A DNA stretch of 64,000 nucleotides, taken from Aggregatilineales bacterium (lineage in GTDB: Bacteria > Chloroflexota > Anaerolineae > Aggregatilineales > Phototrophicaceae). Below are positions 1 to 9,186 of this stretch, piece by piece; within the stretch, counting starts at the first letter, position 1; every line of letters starts with the position of its first letter. The notes beneath the pieces were generated by a model. The model did no database searches. It was not told where the DNA came from and worked only from the letters and a program-made list of their open reading frames with translations. The translations under genes were made by a program, and so were the position numbers. The stretch lies in contig OY760098.2 in NCBI GenBank assembly GCA_963663065.2, forward strand, positions 2,504,488 through 2,568,487, written 5' to 3'.

Positions 1-78
1 GCCGAAATGCTCTATGAGCGAGCCTACCTGCGCCTGTGCAAGCGCATCCGCGGATATATCGAAGACCAGCGCCCATGA
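1..78 (+). CDS. 3' end of an unidentified CDS entering from the left edge
   Basis: Frame 1 is open from base 1 and ends at TGA 76-78 (...CKRIRGYIEDQRP*). Too short to assign a family. Confidence 0.3.
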   Translation, partial: AEMLYERAYLRLCKRIRGYIEDQRP

Positions 79-120
79 ACTTTGCCCGACGACTCAAGCT
101 ATAGGCACAGCGGTTATTCC

Positions 121-1401
121 ATGTCAGTCAAATACAGCGAGGTTAACCCGATGAACTTTCCCATTGATGAGATTCGCGCGCTCTTTCCCTCACTGAGCCT
201 GCCCGCCGATGATGGCTCCTTGCCTATCTTCCTGGACAACCCGGCCGGCACGCAGGTTCCGCGCAGCGTGATGGAAGCGGTGACGGAGTATTATCTGACG
301 ATGAACGCCAATTCGGGCGGTCAATTCGCCACCAGCTGCCGCACCGAAGACATGGCTCAGCAGACGCGAGAAAGCATGGCGGATTTCCTCAACGCCAACA
401 GCCCCAAAGAAATCGTCATTGGTCCCAACATGACCTCGCTCAACTTTGCCCTGAGCCGCGCGCTGGCTCGCCGCCTGCAGCCGGGCGACGAAATCGTACT
501 GACGCGCCTGGATCACGATGCCAACCTCAGCCCCTGGACGCTCATTGCCCGCGACCATGATTTGCGGGTGAAATGGGTGGAGATCGACACAAGCGATTGC
601 ACGCTGGACATTGGCTCGCTGGAAGAGGCGCTGAGCGAGCGGACCAGAATCGTGGCCACCGCGCACGCTTCCAACGCCGTCGGCACCATCAACCCGGTCA
701 AGCAGATCGCCGGTATGGCGCATGCGGTTGGCGCCTGGCATGTGGTGGATGCTGTGCAAAGCGCGCCGCATATCCCGCTTGACGTTCAAGCAATTGGCTG
801 CGACTTCTTGCTCTGCTCCTCATACAAGTTTTATGGACCGCACCTCGGCATCCTGTGGGGGCGTGAGGAGCTGCTGAACAGCTTGCCCGCCTACAAGGTG
901 CGCCCAGCTAAAGATGTCGCGCCCAACCGCTGGGAGAATGGCACGCCAAGCTACGAGACCTGGAATGGGCTGCGCGCCTGCCTGGCGCATTGGCGGGGCA
1001 TCGGCGAGCGCTATGCCGAAGCTGGCTTGTCACTGTCTCCGGATAACCGGCGGAATATGAAAAGCGCCATGACTTTGGTGAATGCCTACGAATCCGCTCT
1101 GGTCACACAGCTGATCGAAGGGCTTGAGGCGATTCCTGGCCTAAGAATAGCGGGCATCGTCGACAAAGAGCGCTTTGCCTGGCGCGTCCCGACCGTGTCC
1201 ATCGCCAAAGAGGGCAAGCAGCCCGACGGGATGGCCGCCGCGCTGGCGGAGCGCAATGTCTATGTTTGGAGTGGCGATTATTATGCGCCGGAAATCATGA
1301 AGCGCCTGGAACGTCCAGAGGGCATGCTGCGCATCGGCATCGCGAAATACAATACTCGCGCCGAAATAGACCGCGTACTAAACTTGATCGAGTCTCTTTA
1401 G
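121..1401 (+). CDS. Class V aminotransferase-fold PLP enzyme, cysteine desulfurase-like
   Basis: ORF 82..1401 starts with TTG; the first ATG is at 121. Motifs FLDNPAGTQ, HASNAVGT and SSYKFYGPH (PLP-lysine context) fit the class V / cysteine desulfurase-like fold. Confidence 0.8.
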   Translation: MSVKYSEVNPMNFPIDEIRALFPSLSLPADDGSLPIFLDNPAGTQVPRSVMEAVTEYYLTMNANSGGQFATSCRTEDMAQQTRESMADFLNANSPKEIVIGPNMTSLNFALSRALARRLQPGDEIVLTRLDHDANLSPWTLIARDHDLRVKWVEIDTSDCTLDIGSLEEALSERTRIVATAHASNAVGTINPVKQIAGMAHAVGAWHVVDAVQSAPHIPLDVQAIGCDFLLCSSYKFYGPHLGILWGREELLNSLPAYKVRPAKDVAPNRWENGTPSYETWNGLRACLAHWRGIGERYAEAGLSLSPDNRRNMKSAMTLVNAYESALVTQLIEGLEAIPGLRIAGIVDKERFAWRVPTVSIAKEGKQPDGMAAALAERNVYVWSGDYYAPEIMKRLERPEGMLRIGIAKYNTRAEIDRVLNLIESL

Positions 1402-1664
1402 CCGCCCATTGCCGCCAACTGCTTCATCAGACGGCTCTTGCGCCGGGCTGCATTGCGCTTGTGCACGACGCCGCGGGTGGCCAGCTTGTCCAGGTCGCGG
1501 ACGGCTATGCGCGTCGCTTCGCGGGCTTCTTCAACTTCGCCGCTGGCGATGGCAGCCCGGGCTTTTTTGACCAGTGTGCGCGCCCGGTTGCGATAGTGCC
1601 GGTTGTGCAGGCGGCGCTTTTCATTCTGTCGGATTCGCTTGATTGCCGATTTGTGATTTGCCAT
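1398..1664 (-). CDS. rpsT: 30S ribosomal protein S20
   Basis: 88 aa starting MANHKSAIKRIRQNEKRR; basic helical protein with the typical S20 N-terminus. Its stop overlaps the convergent stop of the upstream gene. Confidence 0.95.
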   Translation of the reverse strand: MANHKSAIKRIRQNEKRRLHNRHYRNRARTLVKKARAAIASGEVEEAREATRIAVRDLDKLATRGVVHKRNAARRKSRLMKQLAAMGG

Positions 1665-1808
1665 AATCTCAGTCCTGGGGAAGCCGCGCTTCCCATCGAC
1701 CCTTTCCGAGCAACTTATGAGGCGGATCAGCCTCTTCTTTGGCAGGTTCAGTACGCCATGTTAGCAGCCAATCGCCCGCTTGTCCAGTGCCGCCTCGCCT
1801 GGGTGAGA

Positions 1809-2501
1809 TCAGTCGGCGATTTTGGGGTCGAAGGCGTCGCGCAAGCCATCGCCGATCAAGAAGAGACAGAACACCGTGATCGTTATCAACAAGCCTGGCA
1901 GCATCATCAAATGGGGCGCTCGCCGCATATAATCCAAGCCCCCGCTGAGCATATTGCCCCAGGAAGGGATGGGCGCGCGGATGCCGAAACCGATGAAGCT
2001 CAGCGATGACTCCGCCAAGACCACTCCGCCAATTGAAATGGCCAGATCAACAATCAGCAGCGAGAAGATATTGGGGACGATATGCAAGAACATCAGCCGC
2101 AAGTTGGAAGCGCCGATGGCGCGCGCGGCGATGACATATTCGCGCTCGCGGATGGAATAGGTCTCGGCGCGAACCAGGCGCGCTGTGCCCGTCCAGCCCA
2201 GTATGGCGATGATTATCACCAATGTCAGCGGCGTCGGCGAAAGCAGGGCGGTGATGAGGATGAGCAGAAACAAGCCCGGGATGGAATTCAGCGTGGTGAT
2301 CAACCAGATAATGGCGTCGTCTAGCGGTCCGCCATAGAAGCCGGCGAATGCGCCTACCGCGACTCCAATAGCCAGCGAAAGGAAAGCCGCGGCAAAAGCG
2401 ATGCCCAGCGAGACGCGGCCCCCATAGAGCAGGCGGCTTAGATGGTCGCGGCCCAGTTCATCCGTGCCCAGGACGTGACCCTGCTCTCGCTTTGAATTCA
2501 C
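1809..2501 (-). pseudogene. N-terminally truncated DppC/OppC-family ABC peptide permease remnant
   Basis: Begins with GTG directly after the TAG of the upstream gene, in the same frame. The protein starts at the LGTDELGRD loop motif, so the first TM helix and roughly 70 N-terminal residues of a normal DppC/OppC are missing. No DppA/B/D/F partners are adjacent. Confidence 0.6.
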
Positions 2502-4604
2502 CTATTGAGGAGGAGCCGGGCAACCGCCGTTATGCACCCTTATGTTTCTGACGAACCTCCAAGGCTCAGTATAGGGTGTATTCGTGCAATCGTTGTGCCA
2601 CCATCTGCGATCGTACAGATTCTCATGGCATTTGTCACCAATTACTTCGAATCTGATCTGGGTCTCAACTCCAGTCTGTCTCTTTGTATCACACGGCGTC
2701 GGCTCGGGCGAAGCAGGCGGGGGAGGCGCGGGAGTATTTGTCGGTCTCGGCGTACTCGTCGGATTCGGCTTGGCAGTCGGTTTCTGAGTCGGCGTATTGC
2801 TCGGCGTGAAGGTCGCAGTCGGCGTCGGCGTGTAAGTCGGCGTCGGCGTGGCTGTCGGCAGCACCGTCACCTGCAACTTCGCGCTCACGGGACCTTCCCC
2901 TTCGTAGTTCTTGCCATCACCCAGCGCTTGCACATAGGCATCATAAGTGAGACCGACGGTTATGTTCGTGAGCGCATAAGATGTTATTGACCCATCCAAG
3001 TCAGCTGAGTGATAGTCCCCATTTGGACCATACCAATACAAGTGGTATCTCGCGGCGCCGGTGACCGCGTCCCAAGCGACCGTCGTGCCGGAGACCAGGC
3101 GGAAGTTGCCCGGCGCGCTCAACGGTTTTGGCGCAGGTGTTGGCGTCGGCTTAAGAGTGGGCGTGTTGGTGGGCGTTGGCGTGTTTGTCGGCGTATCGGT
3201 GGGTGTTGGCGTTGGCGTGTTCGTTGGCGTGTCAGTGGGCGTCGGCGTAGGTGTATCCGTTGGCGTCGGCGTAGGTGTATAGGTAGGTGCGAAGGTCGGT
3301 GTATCAGTTGGTGTGTTCGTCGGCGTATCAGTAGGCGTGAAAGTTGGCGTTTTGGTGGGCGTTTTCGTCGGCGTGTCAGTGGGCGTGGGAGTATTCGTCG
3401 GCGTATCTGTCGGCGTTGCAGTGGGCGTGTTGGACGGCGTTGGCGTGAAGGCGGCCGTGACCGTCAATATCGCGCTCCAGGGACCCTCTTCCTCGTATTC
3501 AATGCCATCGCCCAAAGCCTGCACTTCGACAAGGTACTTCAACCCTACCGTCGTGCCCGGGATTTGGAACTGCGTGGTCGATTTGCCGACGGAGTCGTGG
3601 TTCACCTTGCCGCCCTCATGTCTCCAGCGCAAGCGGTAGCCAGTCGCATGGGGCACAGCATCCCAAGCCACCGCGCTGCCCCAAAGATGGCGAAGATTCT
3701 GCGGCTCCGCCAAGTCTTTCAAAGGCGCAGCTGTGACCGTGAATACATCGCTCCAGGGTCCTAACATTTCGTAGATTTTGCCGTCGCCCAGCGCCCGAAC
3801 TTTGAAGAGATACTTCGCGCCGGCCGTCGGGTCCGGGATGTTGTACTGGGTTGGCGATGAGCCAATGTCATGCGTTTCGATCTTGCCGCCTTCGATCTGC
3901 CATTCGACGCGGTAGCCGGTCGCCCCGGTCACAGCCGCCCAAGCGACGGCGCCAGCCCAAAGCTGGTAGAGATTTTGCGGTTTGGCCAGGTCTTTCGGCG
4001 GAAGAGGCGTCGAGGTAGGCGTAGCGGTGGCAGTGTTCGTCGGCGTTGAAGTCGGCGTGTTCGTCGGAGTCGCGGTTGGCGTATTGGATGGCGTTGGCGT
4101 GAATGCTGCCGTTATGGTCACCTTGTCTGACCATTGCCCGTGCGTCTCGTATGAAGTGCCATCGCCCAGCGCTTGGACTTCGACCTCGTAGCTGCGGCCA
4201 ACGTCGAGATCCGGGATCGTGTACTGCGCCGCCGACGCGCTCAAGGTCACGTAGCGACGGCCTCGGTTTGGCGGTCCATAACGCAGCTGATAGCCTGTCG
4301 CGCCATCGACATTGTTCCAGCCAACGGTCGTGCCCCAAAGATGGCGGAAATTGCCAGGCGCGGGCAGATTCTTGGGCGGAGCGGGACTGGCAGTGGCCGC
4401 TGGTGTATTCGTTGGAATGGATGTTGGAATCACTGTTGGGATCGCCGTTGGCGCAGAAGTAGGCGCGGTTGTGGCAGTTGGCGCTGTCGTTGGCGTTGCC
4501 GTAGCTGCCGGTACTCGAATGATCGCTTCGGGCAAGCTCCAGAGGCTGTTCGTGTATGAGCCGAAAGTATCCGCCAGAGCGCGGACTTGCACTGCGTAGG
4601 TCAC
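2502..4604 (-). CDS. Repetitive surface protein: FN3-like repeats joined by Thr/Pro linkers plus a C-terminal 4-Cys module (downstream part of an interrupted gene)
   Basis: 700 aa with no signal peptide of its own. The N-terminus is the second half of an FN3-like repeat. Four complete repeats follow (W..V.GATGY...Y.V.VQALGDG..YE..GPWS), separated by (T/S)P linkers. Confidence 0.75.
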   Translation of the reverse strand: MTYAVQVRALADTFGSYTNSLWSLPEAIIRVPAATATPTTAPTATTAPTSAPTAIPTVIPTSIPTNTPAATASPAPPKNLPAPGNFRHLWGTTVGWNNVDGATGYQLRYGPPNRGRRYVTLSASAAQYTIPDLDVGRSYEVEVQALGDGTSYETHGQWSDKVTITAAFTPTPSNTPTATPTNTPTSTPTNTATATPTSTPLPPKDLAKPQNLYQLWAGAVAWAAVTGATGYRVEWQIEGGKIETHDIGSSPTQYNIPDPTAGAKYLFKVRALGDGKIYEMLGPWSDVFTVTAAPLKDLAEPQNLRHLWGSAVAWDAVPHATGYRLRWRHEGGKVNHDSVGKSTTQFQIPGTTVGLKYLVEVQALGDGIEYEEEGPWSAILTVTAAFTPTPSNTPTATPTDTPTNTPTPTDTPTKTPTKTPTFTPTDTPTNTPTDTPTFAPTYTPTPTPTDTPTPTPTDTPTNTPTPTPTDTPTNTPTPTNTPTLKPTPTPAPKPLSAPGNFRLVSGTTVAWDAVTGAARYHLYWYGPNGDYHSADLDGSITSYALTNITVGLTYDAYVQALGDGKNYEGEGPVSAKLQVTVLPTATPTPTYTPTPTATFTPSNTPTQKPTAKPNPTSTPRPTNTPAPPPPASPEPTPCDTKRQTGVETQIRFEVIGDKCHENLYDRRWWHNDCTNTPYTEPWRFVRNIRVHNGGCPAPPQ
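3124..3452 (-). repeat. Cryptic hexanucleotide (ACN CCN) repeat encoding the longest Thr-Pro linker
   Basis: The plus strand reads as GGN GTN periodic sequence. It translates on the minus strand to [13 protein letters not shown]... and on the plus strand to spurious GVGV ORFs. Confidence 0.8.
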
Positions 4605-4607
4605 GTT

Positions 4608-4838
4608 TTATGGCAAAGAGCTGAAATCATAGCTTGTCTGCGAAGCCGGCAGGTCTGCGGTCTGGACGTTGCTGCTTGTCGCCCACCAGCGCAGTTGATA
4701 GCCGCCGGCGTTCTCGACGGAATTCCATGATAGGATATCGTTGTTGACTTGGAGACCTGTCGGGCGGTCGAGGCGCTGCTGAGCTTGAGCGAACGAGGCG
4801 GTAAACATAGCGAGGAGAAAGACGAATGTTACACGCAT
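4608..4838 (-). CDS. Signal peptide plus first half of an FN3-like repeat (upstream part of the same interrupted gene)
   Basis: 76 aa: MRVTFVFLLAMFTASFAQA followed by RPTGLQVNNDILSWNSVENAGGYQLRWW...TSYDFSSLP. It ends at TAA 4608-4610, in frame with ORF 2502..4604. Confidence 0.6.
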   Translation of the reverse strand: MRVTFVFLLAMFTASFAQAQQRLDRPTGLQVNNDILSWNSVENAGGYQLRWWATSSNVQTADLPASQTSYDFSSLP

Positions 4839-5082
4839 AGAAGCATTCTAACTAGATAGTCCTTTGGACGCGGCTGTAACTGAAAGACGAATGCAGGCTT
4901 CAAGACAGAGAGTATAGCAATTGATCCAAAACTTCAAGCAGGTTGAGCTTGTGGGATTGCCATTGAAAATACTAGCTTCGGTATCCATTTAGCCGCAACC
5001 ACCTGCTCACGGCTTGCCCTACACGAGCGCCGCGGGATTTGCGATAATGTCGGGCGATTGCACCGGCGAGAATTCCCACAGG

Positions 5083-5778
5083 ATGGCAACCATGATCAAG
5101 CTTTCGGGCAAGCGCGTCTTTATCATCGGCATCTGTTTGGCGTTATTGGTCGCTCTTGTAGGCTGCGGCAGCCTGGAAAAACCAGTCACGCGGCAAGCCG
5201 AAGCGCCGTCGCAAGAAGCCGCGCCTGAACAAGCCAGCGTCGCCCAGCCGACTCAACAGCCCAGCGCCACCCCCACGCAGCTGCCAAGCGCCACGCCAAC
5301 AGACGAACCATCCGCCACGCCCACGGACCTGCCGACCTCAACGCCTGAGCCCACAAACCCGCCAGCCCTCTCGCCCATTGACCGCCTGGTGGCTGTGCGC
5401 AACCCCGAACGGGGCGCGGAGCTATTCGCGCTCTTCCAGGAAGCGGCCGGCAGCGGTTATTCCTGCTCGAATTGCCACCTGGTCGATAGCGAGAAAGCCA
5501 ATCTGGGTCCCGGCTTGCTCAACATCAAAGACCGCGCGCTGACTCGCGTCGATGGCATGAGCGCCGCCGAATACATCTATGAGTCCATCACCGACCCCAT
5601 AGCTTTCCTGGTCGAGGGATTTGATGCCGAACTCATGCCCAAGAACTGGTCGGATATCTACAGCGATCTGGAAATCTTCGACATCGTCGCCTACCTGCTG
5701 ACACTGGAGGGCAGGTCGGATATCGACGATCCCGATCCCATGAACAGCGATGCGGAGGCGGAAGACAGCGAGGGCTAG
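5083..5778 (+). CDS. Monoheme c-type cytochrome, predicted lipoprotein
   Basis: ATG at 5083 gives MATMIKLSGKRVFIIGICLALLVALVGCGS (lipobox-like LVGC). There is one CSNCH heme-binding motif and a Pro/Thr/Ser linker between the anchor and the heme domain. Confidence 0.8.
   Translation: MATMIKLSGKRVFIIGICLALLVALVGCGSLEKPVTRQAEAPSQEAAPEQASVAQPTQQPSATPTQLPSATPTDEPSATPTDLPTSTPEPTNPPALSPIDRLVAVRNPERGAELFALFQEAAGSGYSCSNCHLVDSEKANLGPGLLNIKDRALTRVDGMSAAEYIYESITDPIAFLVEGFDAELMPKNWSDIYSDLEIFDIVAYLLTLEGRSDIDDPDPMNSDAEAEDSEG
5260..5331 (+). repeat. 24-bp tandem repeat x3 inside the cytochrome c linker
   Basis: Encodes PSATPTQL / PSATPTDE / PSATPTDL. Confidence 0.7.
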
Positions 5779-5792
5779 GCGAGCCGCCGCTC

Positions 5793-7280
5793 TCAAGCCA
5801 GCAAATCGCTGACGGCGTCGCCCAGCATTCTATCAGCCCTAGCCAGCTTGGCCCGCGTTTCCTGCAGCCAGGCGCGATCCCCATCCAGAGTTTCGCTTTG
5901 CGCATCCAGCGTCTTGGCTGTGGCCACTGGGGCGGCCCCGCCGGGCAATGTCCGCGCTTCCACGAATGCCCGCGGATCCAGCGCCTGCTTGAACTGCGCT
6001 TCGGGCAAATCCAGGTCCAAGCCCATGCTTTCAGCCGCCACATCCCGCAGCAGCTTCGCGCTAAGGTCTTGCGGAGCCAGGTCATGCTCCTTCGCATAGC
6101 TCACCAGTGCCGAGACGACTCCATGCGCCCGACGGAAGGGCAGGTTGCAATGCCGAACCAGGGAATCCGCCAGTTCGGTCACGGTGGTGAAGCCGGCTCC
6201 TGCCCGCCGCGCCAGACGTTCGACATTGACTTGCAGGGTATCAATGACCGCGGCATAGAGCTGCAAGATGGCGTTCGCCGTTTCCAGCGCGCCGAAAAGC
6301 AGCGGGAAGATCTCGTCTTCGATGTCCTGCGTATCGCCAAAGGGGATGTTGTGGCATTGCAGGCTGATGCCCTGCGCCAGCGCCAGCATGCGGCTGATGC
6401 GCGCCCGCAGATGTTCAAGAACGACCGGATTGCGCTTCTGCGGCATGATCGAGCTGATTTGGATGAAGCTGTCGTCGATGCGGATTGCGCCGCTCTCCTG
6501 AGTCGCCCAAAAGAGCATATCTTTTGTGAAGCGCGACAGGTTGACGCCCAGACTGACACAGAAGCCCGCCACATCCGTCAGATTGTCCGATGCGCCGATG
6601 CTGTCATAAGTGCTGAGCAGGATGCTGTCAAAACCGAGCAGTTCCGCGCTCATTTGGCGATCGATGGGGAAGGCTGTGCCGGTCAAGGCGGCCGCCCCCA
6701 GCGGACTCTGATTGTTGGTATGATAAGCGAATTGAAAACGCTCTGCGTCGCGTTCCAGAGCAGCCAGAATGCCCGCCAGATAGTGTGCCATCGTAGTGGG
6801 CTGGGCGGGCTGGGTATGCGTATAGCCGGGCATCAGGGTATGCAAATGCTCGCGAGCCAGCGCCAGCAAGCTCGTTCTCAGCGCGATCAGATCATCCAGG
6901 GCAGCCAAAATCAGCGGGCGCAGCGCCAGCCGCGTCAGGGCGTAACCCAGGTCATTGCGGCTGCGCGCCAGCTGTAAATTGCCGCCATATTCCGCGCCAG
7001 CCAGTTCGATGAGCCTGCCTTCCATGGCGAAAAAGAGGTCTTCCACGCCTACCTGGCCGCTCAACGCTTCGACGGTCATCGCCTCCACCTCCGCCAGGGC
7101 ATCCAGCAGCGCCTTGGCATTCTCCCGCGTGAGTACCCCGCAGCGCTCCAGCATGACCACATGGGCGCGGTTGGCAGCCAGCATCGGATGGTAGTAATAA
7201 GTCTTGGCATCCTCAAAGAAGGGCTGCAAGACGAATTTGTCATAGAGCGCGTGCGGGAAAGATGGCGACGAGGCGGACAA
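5793..7280 (-). CDS. Fumarate-lyase superfamily enzyme, divergent argininosuccinate lyase-like
   Basis: Motifs SRNDLGYAL, PGYTHTQPAQPTT and ISSIMPQKRNPVVLE match ArgH-type signatures. The N-terminal WGGRF-type motif is absent. Its start lies 3 nt after the upstream permease stop. Confidence 0.8.
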   Translation of the reverse strand: MSASSPSFPHALYDKFVLQPFFEDAKTYYYHPMLAANRAHVVMLERCGVLTRENAKALLDALAEVEAMTVEALSGQVGVEDLFFAMEGRLIELAGAEYGGNLQLARSRNDLGYALTRLALRPLILAALDDLIALRTSLLALAREHLHTLMPGYTHTQPAQPTTMAHYLAGILAALERDAERFQFAYHTNNQSPLGAAALTGTAFPIDRQMSAELLGFDSILLSTYDSIGASDNLTDVAGFCVSLGVNLSRFTKDMLFWATQESGAIRIDDSFIQISSIMPQKRNPVVLEHLRARISRMLALAQGISLQCHNIPFGDTQDIEDEIFPLLFGALETANAILQLYAAVIDTLQVNVERLARRAGAGFTTVTELADSLVRHCNLPFRRAHGVVSALVSYAKEHDLAPQDLSAKLLRDVAAESMGLDLDLPEAQFKQALDPRAFVEARTLPGGAAPVATAKTLDAQSETLDGDRAWLQETRAKLARADRMLGDAVSDLLA

Positions 7281-7283
7281 GGC

Positions 7284-8177
7284 TCAGCCTTTCAAGCCCG
7301 TCAGCGCGATCCCTTCGATTATGTAGCGCTGGAAGATAATGACCACGATCAGCAGCGGCACCACCGATAGCGACGCGCCCGTCATGATCAGATTCCAGGG
7401 CGTATCCGCTTCCGACGAGAATTGCTGAATGCCCACCGGCAGCGTGAACATTTCGCTTTTGGTCGTGGCGATCAGGGGCCAGATGAAGGCATTCCAGTTG
7501 CCCAGGAAGTTGAAGATGCACAGCGCGCCAATGGCCGGCAGGCTGAGCGGCACCGCCACTCGCCAAAACAATCCAAATTCGCTGACGCCGTCGATGCGGC
7601 CCGCATCCAGCAATTCGTCCGGCACGCCCTGCATGAATTGGCGCATCAGGAAGATGCCCGCCGCCGTGATGACGCCCGGGAAGGCGATTCCCCAATAGGT
7701 ATCCACCCAGCTGGGACCAATCGGCGGATTCGACGACATGATGAACCAGGGGATGAGCAGCATCTCAGTCGGCACCATCAGCGAACTCAAGAACAGAATG
7801 AATATCAGCCGCTTGCCGGGGAATTCATATTTGGCGAAGACGAAGCCGGCCAGCGCGTCGAAGAATGCCACGCTCACCGTGCTGATGACGGCGACGATGA
7901 AAGAATTCTTGTACCATAGCGGCAGATTCGTCTCGTTGATCACCTCGGTGAAATTGTCCAGCGTGGGCTCTATGGGCAGGATGTTGCGCCGCAGGATCTC
8001 CGTCTCCGGCTTGAGCGATGTCGAGAGCATCCAGATGAAAGGCACGATCATCGTGAAAGCGATCAACGTCAGCAGCAGGTAGGAGAAGAGCTTATGCGCC
8101 CAGCCGCCACCGACCCGGCCAACCGCGCTGCCCCGCGCCTGGTCTTTGAAGATGTTCGAAGGCGTGATCGCTTCCAC
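7284..8177 (-). CDS. Carbohydrate ABC transporter permease (MalG/UgpE-like)
   Basis: The ORF track extends to 8816 but overlaps the upstream permease. An in-frame GTG at 8177, 8 nt after the upstream stop, gives a 297-aa protein with TM1 YLLLTLIAFTMIVPFIWML and an EAA-like loop (DAGRIDGVSEFGLFWRV). Confidence 0.8.
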   Translation of the reverse strand: MEAITPSNIFKDQARGSAVGRVGGGWAHKLFSYLLLTLIAFTMIVPFIWMLSTSLKPETEILRRNILPIEPTLDNFTEVINETNLPLWYKNSFIVAVISTVSVAFFDALAGFVFAKYEFPGKRLIFILFLSSLMVPTEMLLIPWFIMSSNPPIGPSWVDTYWGIAFPGVITAAGIFLMRQFMQGVPDELLDAGRIDGVSEFGLFWRVAVPLSLPAIGALCIFNFLGNWNAFIWPLIATTKSEMFTLPVGIQQFSSEADTPWNLIMTGASLSVVPLLIVVIIFQRYIIEGIALTGLKG

Positions 8178-8185
8178 TGGCAACC

Positions 8186-9082
8186 TCAGTTGATCCGCCG
8201 CGTCGTGAACCTGAGTTGAACGATGGTGACAATGAGAATCATGCCAAATAGCACAACGGTCATCGATGAAGCGTAACCCATATTGAAGCTCTGGAAGGCC
8301 TCGCGGTAGACGCGCAGCACCACAGTCGTCGTCGAATTGAGCGGACCGCCGCTGCCTTGTTCCGTCATGGCGATGACCGGCGCGAACATGCGCAAAAACG
8401 ATATCGTCTGCAAGACCAGCAGGTAGACGATGCTGGGGTTGAGCAGGGGGAAGGTGATGAAGCGGAAAGTGTGCCAGCGACTGGCGCCATCCACCTCGGC
8501 CGCCTCGTAATAGTGGCGCGGGATCTGCTTGATGCCCGCCAGGAAAATGATCACGGCGAAGCCCATTCCCTGCCATATCACCAGCGCCAGAATGGACGGC
8601 AAAGCTTGCTGCGGGCTGCGCAGAAAAGGCTGCTGCGGCAAAGCCAGCAATTGCAGGACGACGTTGAACAAGCCAAAGCGCGGCTGATAGAGCATGCGAA
8701 ATACCCAGGCGATGGCGATCGTCGACGTGACAAAGGGCAGAAAGAACAGAATGCGATACAACGTGCTCATGAAGCGGATTTCGTTGAGCATCAGCGCGAT
8801 CAGCAATGCCAGGCAAAGCTGAATGGGCACGCCAAGCGCGACATAACTGATGGTGTTGCTGAAGCCCGACTTGGTGGCGGATTTCTTCTTGCCAAGCTCC
8901 GTGATGACCTTTTCGTAATTTTCCAAGCCGACGTAGGGCTGCTCCTCGGCCATGGGATTGTAGTCATGCAGGCTCATCTGGAAGGCGAAGATTGTGGGGT
9001 AAATGCGGATGTAGGCGAAGAAGACGATGGGAATCGCCAGAAAGACATAAGCCCAGAAGATCTTTTTCCGCGCCAGGGTCAT
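8186..9082 (-). CDS. Carbohydrate ABC transporter permease (MalF/UgpA-like)
   Basis: 298 aa, multi-TM, with EAA loop YEAAEVDGASRWHTFRFITFP. Confidence 0.85.
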   Translation of the reverse strand: MTLARKKIFWAYVFLAIPIVFFAYIRIYPTIFAFQMSLHDYNPMAEEQPYVGLENYEKVITELGKKKSATKSGFSNTISYVALGVPIQLCLALLIALMLNEIRFMSTLYRILFFLPFVTSTIAIAWVFRMLYQPRFGLFNVVLQLLALPQQPFLRSPQQALPSILALVIWQGMGFAVIIFLAGIKQIPRHYYEAAEVDGASRWHTFRFITFPLLNPSIVYLLVLQTISFLRMFAPVIAMTEQGSGGPLNSTTTVVLRVYREAFQSFNMGYASSMTVVLFGMILIVTIVQLRFTTRRIN

Positions 9083-9186
9083 GGTGGTTGCGCCCCGCCA
9101 GCGATCAATCCACTAGCGAATCATCCAAACCGCGCCAGGCGACGCATCACCCGGCGCAGTCTGATTTCGGTTGCGATGCTGTTCGG

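Noticed and set aside
3124-3452. A CRISPR array, suggested by periodic repeats here and by the tandem repeat at 12756-12844.
   Set aside because: The first is a 6-nt coding periodicity. The second is only two adjacent units with no spacers. No cas genes are present.
3061-3639. Plus-strand ORFs encoding GVGVGV... repeats (3061..3282, 3313..3639, also 3982..4191 and 59778..60428).
   Set aside because: They are the reverse-complement reading of the Thr-Pro linker codons (ACN CCN) of minus-strand genes. They are not independent genes.
2502-4610. Stop-codon reassignment or an alternative genetic code as the explanation for the two in-frame stops (TAA at 4608-4610, TAG at 2502-2504).
   Set aside because: TAA, TAG and TGA all terminate well-defined genes at the expected lengths throughout the window, for example TAG at 1399-1401. 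A local nonsense mutation and a rearrangement junction are simpler explanations.
7284-8816. The 510-aa ORF and the 383-aa ORF 20559..21710, taken at face value.
   Set aside because: Their N-terminal halves overlap the preceding permease and degV genes in another frame and are low-complexity. Internal starts at 8177 and 21416 give normal-length family members.
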